A stretch of 41,144 bases of DNA from Candidatus Dormiibacterota bacterium (GTDB lineage Bacteria > Chloroflexota > Dormibacteria > Aeolococcales > Aeolococcaceae), in assembly GCA_003153215.1 (NCBI GenBank), contig PLXL01000061.1, positions 1-41,144 of the forward strand, written 5' to 3'. Below are positions 25,336 to 33,889 of this stretch, piece after piece; positions within the stretch are counted from its first letter, which is position 1; every line of letters starts with the position of its first letter. The translations under genes were made by a program, and so were the position numbers. Below the pieces are notes generated by a model. That model saw only the letters and a list, made by a program, of their open reading frames with translations, searched no databases and was not told where the DNA came from.

Positions 25336-26784
25336 TCAGCTCGGCTCGGTGATCGAGCCCAGCGCCGGGTACAGCGAGCGGAAGCGGCGACGCACCTCTC
25401 GATAGGGGCCGATCCAGTCGGCGACCGGGTCGATGACGTCGGCCACGTGGACGCAGGCGGTGACCGCCTCGACGATGTTCGCGTAGACGCCCGCGGCGAC
25501 CCCGCCGAGCAGCGCCGCGCCGAACGCCGAGCCCTGCTCGCTTCCCATCACCTCGACGGGTAGCTCGAGCACGCTGGCGATGATCTGCAACCAGAGACGA
25601 CTGCGAGCGCCACCGCCCGAGGCGCGCGCCCGTCCTGCCTCCACACCGACGCCCCGAACCGAGTCGAGGCAGTCCGCCAAGCCGAAGGCGACACCCTCCA
25701 GTACCGCCCGGGTCAGCGACCCGCGTCCATGCTCGAGGGAGAGCCCGACAAAGGCTCCTCGCGCGTCCGGGTCGGCGTGTGGCGTCCGCTCACCGGAGAG
25801 ATAGGGCAGGAAGACAAGGCCCTCGCAGCCAGGTGGACAGCTGCGGGCCTCCTCAACCATCTGGTCGTAGCCCGAATCCGGCAGCAGGGTGTCGTGGTAC
25901 CAGGCGAGTGCTCCCGCGGCCGCGAGCATCACCCCCATGACGACCCAGCGCTCCGGGACGGCGTGGCAGAAGGCGTGCACCCGGCCCTGCTCCTCGGCCA
26001 CGAAGCGATCGAGGGCGGCGAGCACCACCCCCGATGTGCCGAGGGCGATGGAGAGCGGACCGGACCCGAGAATGCCGGCGCCGACCGCGGCCGCCGCCTG
26101 GTCACCGCCCCCGGCGGCGACCGGCACGCCGTCCAGGGAGCCGACCCGGTCTGTGCCCTCGGCAAGGTCCGGCAGCCAGCTTCGGGGAATCTCGAACTCA
26201 TCCAGCAGCTCGGCGCTCCACCGCCGGGTGGCGACGTCGAGGAGCAGCGTCCCCGATGCCTCCGCGACATCGGAGACGTGGCCACCGACGAGGGCGTCGC
26301 GGACATAGTCCTTGGGCAGAGCCACCCGCCGGATCCGCGCATAGAGCGCCGGCTCGTGGTGGCGCATCCAGAGCAGCTTGGGAGCGGTGAAACCGGGCAG
26401 AGCGCGGTTTCCGGAGAGCTGTACCAGCCGTTCACGACCGAGCTTCGCCTCGATCGCGGAACATTCGCGAGCCGAGCGACCGTCGTTCCAGAGGATGGCG
26501 GGGCGGATGACCCGATCCGCCGCGTCGAGGCAGACGAGACCGTGCATCTGCCCGGACAGACCGAGCCCCAGGATCTCGACGCCCTCGCTCCGAATACGGT
26601 GCAGTACCGTCTGAGCGGCGGCCACCCAGTCGTCGGGGTCCTGTTCCATCCACCCCGGATGCGGGGAGCGCACCGGGTACTCAGCCTGCGCAGTGGTGGC
26701 CACCGATCCCGTGGTGGGATCGATGGCCACTCCCTTGGTTCCCGTGGTGCCGATATCGATGCCAACCACGCAGCCCCGGCTCAT
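25336..26784 (-). CDS. xylB: Xylulokinase (FGGY carbohydrate kinase family)
   Basis: Start ATG 26784 is preceded by AAGGGAGA. GIDIGTTGTKG N-terminal motif, ...HPGWMEQDPDDW..., and the FGGY C-terminal signature GGGARS.LW.QI.A. Confidence 0.85.
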   Translation of the reverse strand: MSRGCVVGIDIGTTGTKGVAIDPTTGSVATTAQAEYPVRSPHPGWMEQDPDDWVAAAQTVLHRIRSEGVEILGLGLSGQMHGLVCLDAADRVIRPAILWNDGRSARECSAIEAKLGRERLVQLSGNRALPGFTAPKLLWMRHHEPALYARIRRVALPKDYVRDALVGGHVSDVAEASGTLLLDVATRRWSAELLDEFEIPRSWLPDLAEGTDRVGSLDGVPVAAGGGDQAAAAVGAGILGSGPLSIALGTSGVVLAALDRFVAEEQGRVHAFCHAVPERWVVMGVMLAAAGALAWYHDTLLPDSGYDQMVEEARSCPPGCEGLVFLPYLSGERTPHADPDARGAFVGLSLEHGRGSLTRAVLEGVAFGLADCLDSVRGVGVEAGRARASGGGARSRLWLQIIASVLELPVEVMGSEQGSAFGAALLGGVAAGVYANIVEAVTACVHVADVIDPVADWIGPYREVRRRFRSLYPALGSITEPS

Positions 26785-26797
26785 GGAATCTCCCTTG

Positions 26798-26830
26798 GAG
26801 GGTGGGCCCGGCCGCGCCGGGCCCACCCTC
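26798..26830 (-). terminator. Perfect 15-bp GC hairpin between the APC permease and xylB (intercistronic terminator/stabiliser candidate, no U-tract)
   Basis: GAGGGTGGGCCCGGC-cgc-GCCGGGCCCACCCTC. It ends 13 nt upstream of the xylB start codon and abuts its RBS. Confidence 0.5.
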
Positions 26831-26863
26831 AGCGAATCACTCAGACAATTCATTGCGTCCCGA

Positions 26864-28363
26864 CTACTTGGAGACGGCCTCAGGAGCCACTCCGGCGCCG
26901 GGTCCCCCCAGCACCCCGGTCGCCTGCGCTGTGGTGTCCACGGTAATGTGTCGGGCCCGGTAGAAGTACCAGATCACGCCCAGCGCGATCATCACCAGGC
27001 TGCCCTCGCCGGCGACATTTCCGACCGAGGGAATCGTCATGGCACAGCAGATCAACACGCACCAGAGCATGCCGATGTAGGCGAGCGGCTTGTGAGCGCG
27101 ACCCAGACTGAAGGTGCCCGGGATCGCCGGGTGATTCTTATCCAAAACGCCGGCGAGGATGACCAGGAAGTAGGCGGCGAAGATGCCCACCGATGAGACG
27201 CTCGTGATCACCGACTCGACCTTGGCAACGACGGTGAACAGCACCGAGATGACTGCGCACACGATGAGAACCACGTATGGGCTCCGAAAACGGCGGCTGA
27301 CCCGTGTGAGATGCTCCGAGAAGGGCAGCATGTTGTCGCGGGCCATCGAGAATCCGAGCCGGCTCACCGCTGCCAGGTTCATCAGCCCACACGCGAAGAT
27401 GGCGATGAACACCATTGTCATGGACAGCTCGACCAGGATGCTGGGAAGCCGCTGCTGCATGATGTAGAGGAGCGGCGTGCTGCTCGCCTGGGCGGCCGCG
27501 AGGTTGGGGATCGCCATGGTGAAGCCGAGCAAGACGAGGAAGCCCACGCTCGCCGAGATGGCCTCAGCCATGATGATCGCGCGGGGTATGCTGTGCCGCG
27601 GATCCTTCGACTCTTCCGCGAGGTCAGCCGCCCCCTCGTACCCGGTCAGGGTGTACGCGCCCAACAGCGCCGAGACCGCGAAGGCTCCGAGCCCAGCCGA
27701 ACCGGCGGTACTCCCATGCGAGAAGATGAAGCTGGCGTTGGCATTGGGAAGGCCGCGAACCAGCGAATAGATCAGCAGGCCGATGCCCACAGCGGTGATA
27801 CCGATCAGCTCGGTGACCACCGAGAAGTTGTTGACGTAGGCGGTAGCCCGAATACCGACCAGGTGAATGCCGAGGTAGGCCAGGATGACGATCGCCGTCA
27901 CCAATATGATGATGCCCTGGCCGCTTCCCAAGCCGGCATAGGGGGCGAAGTACGCTGCGAAGGCGTAGGCGACACCCGCGGTCCCGGTCAGCCACCCGGC
28001 GAGCGCGAACCATCCTGGGAACCAACCGAACGCGGCGCTGCGCATCCGCGACGCCCATTGGTATGCGTATCCCGCCAGTGGGATGCGTGGTGCCATGTGG
28101 GCGAGATTCAGCGCGATCACCATCTGTCCGACGCCGACGATCACCCAGCTCCACAGAAGCCGAGGGCCCGCGTTGTCGAGACCGAAGCTGTAGTTTGCGA
28201 AGATTCCTGTCGAGATCGAGATCAGCGAGAAAGAGATCGCGAAGGTGGTGAACCGCCCCATCGACCTCCGCAGCACCGGCTTGTAGCCGAAGTCGGTGAC
28301 GGTGCCAGCGTCTGCGTCGTGCTCCTCCAAGCTGGGCGCTCTGGCCGGGTGAACTCTATCCAT
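26864..28363 (-). CDS. APC-superfamily amino acid/amine permease
   Basis: Start ATG 28363 is preceded by AGGAGG. About 500 aa with about 12 TM helices and typical APC N-terminal segments (FTTFAISFSLISISTGIF). The 621-aa track ORF is an over-extension. Confidence 0.85.
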   Translation of the reverse strand: MDRVHPARAPSLEEHDADAGTVTDFGYKPVLRRSMGRFTTFAISFSLISISTGIFANYSFGLDNAGPRLLWSWVIVGVGQMVIALNLAHMAPRIPLAGYAYQWASRMRSAAFGWFPGWFALAGWLTGTAGVAYAFAAYFAPYAGLGSGQGIIILVTAIVILAYLGIHLVGIRATAYVNNFSVVTELIGITAVGIGLLIYSLVRGLPNANASFIFSHGSTAGSAGLGAFAVSALLGAYTLTGYEGAADLAEESKDPRHSIPRAIIMAEAISASVGFLVLLGFTMAIPNLAAAQASSTPLLYIMQQRLPSILVELSMTMVFIAIFACGLMNLAAVSRLGFSMARDNMLPFSEHLTRVSRRFRSPYVVLIVCAVISVLFTVVAKVESVITSVSSVGIFAAYFLVILAGVLDKNHPAIPGTFSLGRAHKPLAYIGMLWCVLICCAMTIPSVGNVAGEGSLVMIALGVIWYFYRARHITVDTTAQATGVLGGPGAGVAPEAVSK

Positions 28364-28434
28364 GGTGCCCTCCTGATGAATTAACGTGGTACCGACTCCA
28401 TACGGCGGATGCCTGGTGCCCGAAGGTGCCCCCT

Positions 28435-29733
28435 TCAGCCGGCCGTGGCCGCGGCTTTCTCCATCCGCTCCAAGACCTCGGCCAGGAGGGCTGGCGAGTG
28501 CGCTGCCGACACCGAGAAGTCGGTGTGGAAGTACACGCCCTTGTCGATACAGGAAGTGAAGAAGCGCCGGCTCAGATCGGCGTCCAGGGCCCGGATGTCC
28601 GCATACGTCCGCACCGGCTCGCGGGTGCCGACGTAGATCCCGAACATGCATCCGAGCCACTGCACACGGGCGGGCAGCGGCGAGCGATCGAAGATCGCCT
28701 GGAGCTCGGTCAGGAAGTCGTCCGTGCATTTGGCGAGCGTCGGGTAGAACTGGGGCTCGGAGAGGATCGTCAGGGTGGCCCGGGCGGCGGCGAGGCCGAT
28801 CAGGTTGCCGGCAAACGTTCCGCCCTGAAGCGCGCCTCTCGGAAGCGGCTTCATCAGGGTGGACATGACGTCCCGCCGGCCGACGATGGCCGAGAGCGGG
28901 ACACCGCTGCTGAAGGCCTTGGACAGCAGCGTGATGTCCGGGGTGATGCCGTAGAGGACCTGAGCCCCGCCGAGCCCGGTCTTGAAGCCCGACAGGACCT
29001 CGTCGAAGATGAGCACCGCCCCGGCCTCCTTGACCAGTTCCTGGGTGGCGGCAAGGTAGCCGTCGAACGGCGTTATGCAGCCGTTGTTGTAGTCGATCGG
29101 GACCATGATCACGGCGGCGACGCGGTCGCGATATTGGCTGAACGCCGCCTCAAGCGCTGGGAAGTCATTCCAGGGAACGGGCACGATGGTGTCCGCCACC
29201 GCCTGGGGAATCCCGCTCGAACAGAAGATCACCTTCGACGGCCGCCCGCCGGGGTTGTCCGCGTCGGTGTTCGACCACATCGAGTTGAGCATCGCGTAGT
29301 CACTGCCACCGTTGAAGTGACCGTCGACCTTCAGGACGATTTCGCGGCCGGTATGGGCACGACAGAGCCGGATGGCGGTGGAGACCGCCTCGCTCCCGGA
29401 GGCGACGAAGCGCACCCGCTCGGCGGAGGGCACGATCTCGGTGAGTCGGTGTGCGACCTCCTCGCCCAGCCCCGTCTCGTAACCGATGACGACGCCGAAT
29501 TCCAGGATCTCCCGGATGGCGCGGACCACGTCCGGGTGAGCGTGGCCCAGAACCGTGCTCCCGTGGGCCATGAACATGTCGAGATAACGGCGTCCGTCCG
29601 TTGTCTCGATGGTTGCGCCGCTCGCTCGGCGGACCTCCAGGTGCTGGCCGGTGTACGGGTTGATACGGAACTGCGAGGAGATGCCTCCCAGCAGACTTTG
29701 ACCTTCGTCAGCGTGCGTTACCATGGGACCCAC
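28435..29733 (-). CDS. Class-III PLP-dependent aminotransferase (glutamate-1-semialdehyde 2,1-aminomutase-like)
   Basis: LIFDEVLSGFKTGLGGAQ (the DEVMTGFR-type block of GSA-aminomutase relatives), VASGSEAV and HGST motifs. The likely real start is ATG 29724, behind AGGAG. Confidence 0.85.
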   Translation of the reverse strand: MGPMVTHADEGQSLLGGISSQFRINPYTGQHLEVRRASGATIETTDGRRYLDMFMAHGSTVLGHAHPDVVRAIREILEFGVVIGYETGLGEEVAHRLTEIVPSAERVRFVASGSEAVSTAIRLCRAHTGREIVLKVDGHFNGGSDYAMLNSMWSNTDADNPGGRPSKVIFCSSGIPQAVADTIVPVPWNDFPALEAAFSQYRDRVAAVIMVPIDYNNGCITPFDGYLAATQELVKEAGAVLIFDEVLSGFKTGLGGAQVLYGITPDITLLSKAFSSGVPLSAIVGRRDVMSTLMKPLPRGALQGGTFAGNLIGLAAARATLTILSEPQFYPTLAKCTDDFLTELQAIFDRSPLPARVQWLGCMFGIYVGTREPVRTYADIRALDADLSRRFFTSCIDKGVYFHTDFSVSAAHSPALLAEVLERMEKAAATAG

Positions 29734-29862
29734 TCCTAGCTAGTGCCTATGACGCAATGCATGCAAATACTCCAACTGCGCTGCGGCGGGCTCGCGCCAC
29801 CCTCCCCGCTGTTCCACCTCCCTCCCACGATCCCTCCGCGGCCACAACAGACCCGGGCAACA

Positions 29863-30798
29863 TCAGTTGTGCGGTGATGCTGAACCCTCCTCGGCCAGGA
29901 CGGCGGCGCCGATGGCGCCGGCGAGCGGGCCCAGCCGGACCGCGACAATCGGCTCGCCGGTAACGAAATGGGGGGCTCGTGCACGGCTCTCCTCGACACC
30001 GGGGAGCAGCAGGTCGAGGTACTCGGAAACGCTGCCACCGATGACTGTCAGGGTCGGGCCATAAACGCTCTCTAGGACCGCCAGTCCGCGGCCCACCCGA
30101 CCGCCATGGGCGGCGAAGGCGGCAGCGGCAGCCGCGTCCCCGACTCTCGCCGCCGCCGCCGCGCTCACCACGCTCGTCCCGGAGAGGGAGAGGCCCGCCG
30201 AATGAATCTCCGCCTCGAGTCGGGTGCGCGATGCGCTCTGCTCCCAGCAGCCGACGGTACCGCAGTAGCAACTGCTGGTCTCGGCGGTCACCCCGATGTG
30301 GCCGGCTTCGGGGTGCCCCCCATCGGCACCTCGATAGGGGTAGCCGCCGTCGATGAAGGCAACGCCGACCCCGGTCCCGATGGTCACCAGCAGCATCCGC
30401 CGGGCTCCCTTCCCGGCTCCGACCCGGTGCTCGCCCACGGCCGCGGCCACAGCGTCGTTCTCGATGACGACGGGCACGCCGCTCACCGATCGGAGCAGGG
30501 ACGGCACGTCGAATCCCGAGAACCATGGGAGCGTGTTCCAGTTCAAGATCACGCCGGTGGCAGGATCGATGGGACCGCTGGCACCGATGCCGATAGCCTC
30601 GACGGCGCTGCCGGCCGGTACAACGCTCCGAACCAGATGCCAGAGTTCACGCACCCGTCGCGCCGGCTCGCCCTGGCCAAGGCTCGAGGTGGAGACAACC
30701 GCGTCGCCCACGGTTCGACCGGCACTCCAGCCGACCACCCGGGTGGCCGTCCCCCCGATGTCGACACCTGCCACTACGGGCCGATCTGGGGAGGTCAC
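29863..30798 (-). CDS. ROK-family sugar kinase (canonical zinc motif present)
   Basis: VAGVDIGGT, ENDAVAAAVGE, and GHIGVTAETSSCYCGTVGCWEQ (CxCGxxGC). GTGA overlap with the upstream SIS gene. Confidence 0.85.
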   Translation of the reverse strand: MTSPDRPVVAGVDIGGTATRVVGWSAGRTVGDAVVSTSSLGQGEPARRVRELWHLVRSVVPAGSAVEAIGIGASGPIDPATGVILNWNTLPWFSGFDVPSLLRSVSGVPVVIENDAVAAAVGEHRVGAGKGARRMLLVTIGTGVGVAFIDGGYPYRGADGGHPEAGHIGVTAETSSCYCGTVGCWEQSASRTRLEAEIHSAGLSLSGTSVVSAAAAARVGDAAAAAAFAAHGGRVGRGLAVLESVYGPTLTVIGGSVSEYLDLLLPGVEESRARAPHFVTGEPIVAVRLGPLAGAIGAAVLAEEGSASPHN

Positions 30799-31883
30799 AG
30801 CTGCGAGGTCACCTTCTGACCGAAGCGGAACTCGCCCGGCGTCACCCCGGCAGCCCGCGCCGTGGCGGCGCAGAGCAGCTGAATGAACTTTGCGTCCATA
30901 GCCAGCTGACTCAGCTCGTGAGTGGCCGGCGTGACCACCGGCTCCGCGGTGCTCGACGGGGCTGCGCCGACCTCGACAGCGAGTGAGCCCGTCGCTCCCA
31001 CATCGTCGGCCAGCCGGCTCAGGCTGGTCCGCCCTCCGGAGCCGGTGAAGACGACCGCCACGAGGCCAGGGCCAGCGAGCTCCAGCGGGCCGTGGCGGAA
31101 CTCGCCGCCGATGAAGCTCTCCGCGGGGAGCTTGGTAACCTCCTTGAGGAGCAGCGCTCCCATGGAGACGCTCGCCACCTGGTTCTCCGAGCCGATGAGC
31201 ACGACCCGGGGAGTGGCGGCCTGCACGATCCGCGCGGCCACCGAGTTGAGCCGCTCACCGCTGGGCGACCATGGCTCGAGTTCTCTCGCCGCCACCCGAA
31301 CGGCCGCGTAAGTAGACTCGGTGCTGCCACCGTCCACGCCCGCGAAGAGGAGGTGATGGGCGGCCAGCGAGTTGAGGTAGCTCTTGGTGCTGACGGCGCT
31401 CTCGACTCCCGCCATCAGCTCAAGGACCAAGTCGCCAGCCGATGCCAGCGGACTGGTCGCGTCGTTGGTGATCCCGATCAGCAGCCTCGGTCTGCGGATG
31501 TCCGTCTCCAAGCGCTGGAGCAGGGCGATGAGCTCGCCGCTCCGTCCGGACTGGGAGGTGATCACCAGCAGGGTGCGGTCGGTGATCAGCTGAGGTGAAT
31601 CGAGCAGCGCCGCAGTGCTGAGCCACCAGGCTGGCAGCCGGGCAGCGACGAGATGCCGCCAGCTGGGCAGCGCACTGTGGTGCGAGGTCCCCATGCCGGT
31701 GAGCACGACACGATCGAAACCCCTGACGTCGGGCAGCCGCAGTGGGTGGGCGATCACCGCTTCGACCAGGTTCCGAAGAGCGGCCGACTGCTCAGCGATG
31801 TCGCTATCGAAGGCGCTCACGACCGCTGGCTGTCGATACGTGGTCTCCCAGGCCAACTCTTCTCCTCCCAGCAACCCGCTCAC
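30795..31883 (-). CDS. Double-SIS-domain sugar-phosphate isomerase/deaminase/deglycase (AgaS/FrlB/GlmS-C-like)
   Basis: 362 aa with GMGTSHHSA and TSQSGRSGELI motifs. GTGA overlaps on both sides (DeoR upstream, ROK downstream). Confidence 0.85.
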   Translation of the reverse strand: MSGLLGGEELAWETTYRQPAVVSAFDSDIAEQSAALRNLVEAVIAHPLRLPDVRGFDRVVLTGMGTSHHSALPSWRHLVAARLPAWWLSTAALLDSPQLITDRTLLVITSQSGRSGELIALLQRLETDIRRPRLLIGITNDATSPLASAGDLVLELMAGVESAVSTKSYLNSLAAHHLLFAGVDGGSTESTYAAVRVAARELEPWSPSGERLNSVAARIVQAATPRVVLIGSENQVASVSMGALLLKEVTKLPAESFIGGEFRHGPLELAGPGLVAVVFTGSGGRTSLSRLADDVGATGSLAVEVGAAPSSTAEPVVTPATHELSQLAMDAKFIQLLCAATARAAGVTPGEFRFGQKVTSQL

Positions 31884-32662
31884 GCCACGCAGAAGTTGAC
31901 GTCGACCGCACCGAAGGCCGACTGCTGCCGAGGGTCGATGGCCGAGTCGGTGACGATCGTGTCGACCTCCTCCACAGCGCAGATGCGCCCGAACGCGGTC
32001 TTCCCGAACTTGCTCGCGTCACAGGCCACGATGCAGCGGTTGGCAGCTCTCAGCGCGGCCCGCTTCACCGCTGTGTCATCGAGGTTCCACTCGGTGATTC
32101 CGGCGCTGATGTGGATCCCGCTGGCAGTCATGATGTAAACGTCGAAACGGTGGTCTTCGAATATCCGGAGCGCAGCCGGTCCGATCAGGCTGCGCTCGTC
32201 AGGTCGAACGATGCCTCCGGCGATCATCAGCCGGACCGCGGTCGACGCCGTCAGAACGTCGGCAACTCGCAGCGAGAGTGTGCAGATGGAGATGTTTCGG
32301 TGCAGAAGCACCTCGGCGATGGCCGCTGCGGTCGTTCCCCCATCGAGGATGACGGTCTCTCCGTCGCCGATCCTGCTCCCCACCAGAGTGGCGATCTCTT
32401 GCTTCGCCGCCGCCCTGAGACTGGTGCGAACGCTAAACGGAGGCTCATAGCTCCCACTCACCACCGGCAGAGCACCACCGTGGATCCGGCGGATGGTGCC
32501 CTCGCTGTCGAGTGCCGCCAGATCCCGCCGGATCGTCATCTCCGAGACGCCGAGGTGGTGGGTGAGATCGGCAATGCTCAGGCGACCCCTCTCGGTGACG
32601 AACTCGATGATCGCCTGCCGACGCTCCTGGGTCGGTTTCATCTCGTGGCTATCCCCACCCAC
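31880..32662 (-). CDS. DeoR-family transcriptional regulator
   Basis: N-terminal HTH ERRQAIIEFVTERGRLSIADLTHHLGVSEMTIRRDLAAL plus a DeoR C-terminal sensor domain. About 255 aa. Confidence 0.9.
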   Translation of the reverse strand: MGGDSHEMKPTQERRQAIIEFVTERGRLSIADLTHHLGVSEMTIRRDLAALDSEGTIRRIHGGALPVVSGSYEPPFSVRTSLRAAAKQEIATLVGSRIGDGETVILDGGTTAAAIAEVLLHRNISICTLSLRVADVLTASTAVRLMIAGGIVRPDERSLIGPAALRIFEDHRFDVYIMTASGIHISAGITEWNLDDTAVKRAALRAANRCIVACDASKFGKTAFGRICAVEEVDTIVTDSAIDPRQQSAFGAVDVNFCVA

Positions 32663-32722
32663 CAGGGGAACCTCTTTCGAGCACGACGTCCACCGTCCGC
32701 CCCCACTCGCGCCGCCGACACG

Positions 32723-33745
32723 CTAGCCGGCCAGCCACGCCTGCACCTTGTCCAGGTAGGAGTCGGTGATGGGAAGGTGGACCGCGGCCGTGTACCAGAG
32801 GTTGCCCGCTTTGTGCCAGTACTCCGGCATGAACCTGAGCCCCGCCCGAACGTCGTCCCAGGTGATGCCCATCGCCTCCGGCTGGTAAGCAACGCCGATG
32901 CGGTCGAATCTGGACTTGATGAACTCGGGGTCGTTGCCCTGCAGGAAGCTCATCAGCAGCACCCCGAGGCTCACGATCTGACCGTGGGAGAACGGGCGAT
33001 GGGTCAGGTACTCGAGCGAGTAGAAGAAGGTGTGCTCGCTGCCCTCGATGGGACGAGGGTTCCAGCCGGTGTTGTTGAATGATGCGCCACCCCAGCGCAG
33101 GGCATTCATGAGCGCCCGGATGCCCTCGTCGGAGACGTCGTGGACCGCATCCGCGGCATCCAGCACACCGTCAAGAATGGCCCGCGACTGGCCGACCCAG
33201 TATTCGTCATACGGCCACTGGGGCTCGCACTTGCCCTCGCGCTGAGCCATCGCCCAGTCCCAATGGGCTGTGTAGTAGCAGGCGATGTCGCCAACGCTGG
33301 AACGGTTGATGGCAAGCGGTGCGGTCCGGATCACGTCGTAGTCGACGTACACCGTCTCGGGAACCGCCCACCCCACGTACTTGAGAACACCCTCGTCGCG
33401 GACAGCCGCGCGCTGGGCGAAGGGGGCGTTGACGCTCATCGAGGTCGGCACCTGGAAGAGGGGTAGCCGTCGCCGCCAAGCGATATACTTAGCAACGTCG
33501 ATGGCCATGCCGCCACCGAGGCCGACCACCACCTCGACGGAGGGGAGGTCGCGGACCAGGGCTTCTAGGTCCCGCACCTCGAGGGAGTCGACCAAGTGCA
33601 CGTGGTGCCGACTGTGGGTAAACGCCCGCTCGAAACGGGGCCAGAGGTCGGCCATGCTGACGACCAAGTAGGGCTCGCTGAGCGACTCCCGGAGCTTCGA
33701 CACGAGGTCACGTCCGTAGACCACATTGAACAGTTGGATGCTCAT
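32723..33745 (-). CDS. Glycerol-1-phosphate dehydrogenase/AraM-like member of the iron-containing alcohol dehydrogenase/DHQS-like superfamily
   Basis: 340 aa with the GLGGGMAIDVAKYIA nucleotide-binding motif and VPTSMS. Metal-site His residues lie in the C-terminal half. Substrate not assignable. Confidence 0.65.
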   Translation of the reverse strand: MSIQLFNVVYGRDLVSKLRESLSEPYLVVSMADLWPRFERAFTHSRHHVHLVDSLEVRDLEALVRDLPSVEVVVGLGGGMAIDVAKYIAWRRRLPLFQVPTSMSVNAPFAQRAAVRDEGVLKYVGWAVPETVYVDYDVIRTAPLAINRSSVGDIACYYTAHWDWAMAQREGKCEPQWPYDEYWVGQSRAILDGVLDAADAVHDVSDEGIRALMNALRWGGASFNNTGWNPRPIEGSEHTFFYSLEYLTHRPFSHGQIVSLGVLLMSFLQGNDPEFIKSRFDRIGVAYQPEAMGITWDDVRAGLRFMPEYWHKAGNLWYTAAVHLPITDSYLDKVQAWLAG

Positions 33746-33792
33746 GATCGCCTCTCATGAACCGAATTTTTAGAGAGCATAAACATCTGGAG

Positions 33793-33843
33793 TGGTCAAG
33801 TCAAGCAAATTCCTGATCGAAATCGAGGTCAGATTTGACCAGG
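33793..33843. promoter_or_regulatory. Inverted repeats in an AT-rich gap upstream of the G1PDH-like gene (candidate operator)
   Basis: TGGTCAA (33793-33799) pairs with TTGACCA (33835-33841). The local palindrome GGTCA-gatt-TGACC lies at 33827-33840. The gap is much more AT-rich than its surroundings. Confidence 0.3.
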
Positions 33844-33889
33844 CAGAACGCGGGCGCCGGACCACCTCGCCCGCCGCTGGGGCTGCCCG

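Noticed and set aside
25328-25345. Additional TGTCAG(T/C) heptamers (25331, 34819, 40609, 41016) as dispersed iteron copies
   Set aside because: Their number fits the chance expectation (about 5 per 41 kb). They lack the upstream G.AAA.CC.C part of the consensus and overlap stop, start or coding codons.
26864-28729. N-terminal extensions of track ORFs: APC permease as 621 aa, SDR 18584..19480 as 298 aa, XylB 25336..26853 as 505 aa, and ROK regulator as part of 38507..40492 (661 aa)
   Set aside because: Internal Met codons preceded by good RBS motifs (or, for 39317, by a -10-like box) give proteins of canonical family length. The extensions are Arg/Pro-rich and overlap neighbouring genes.
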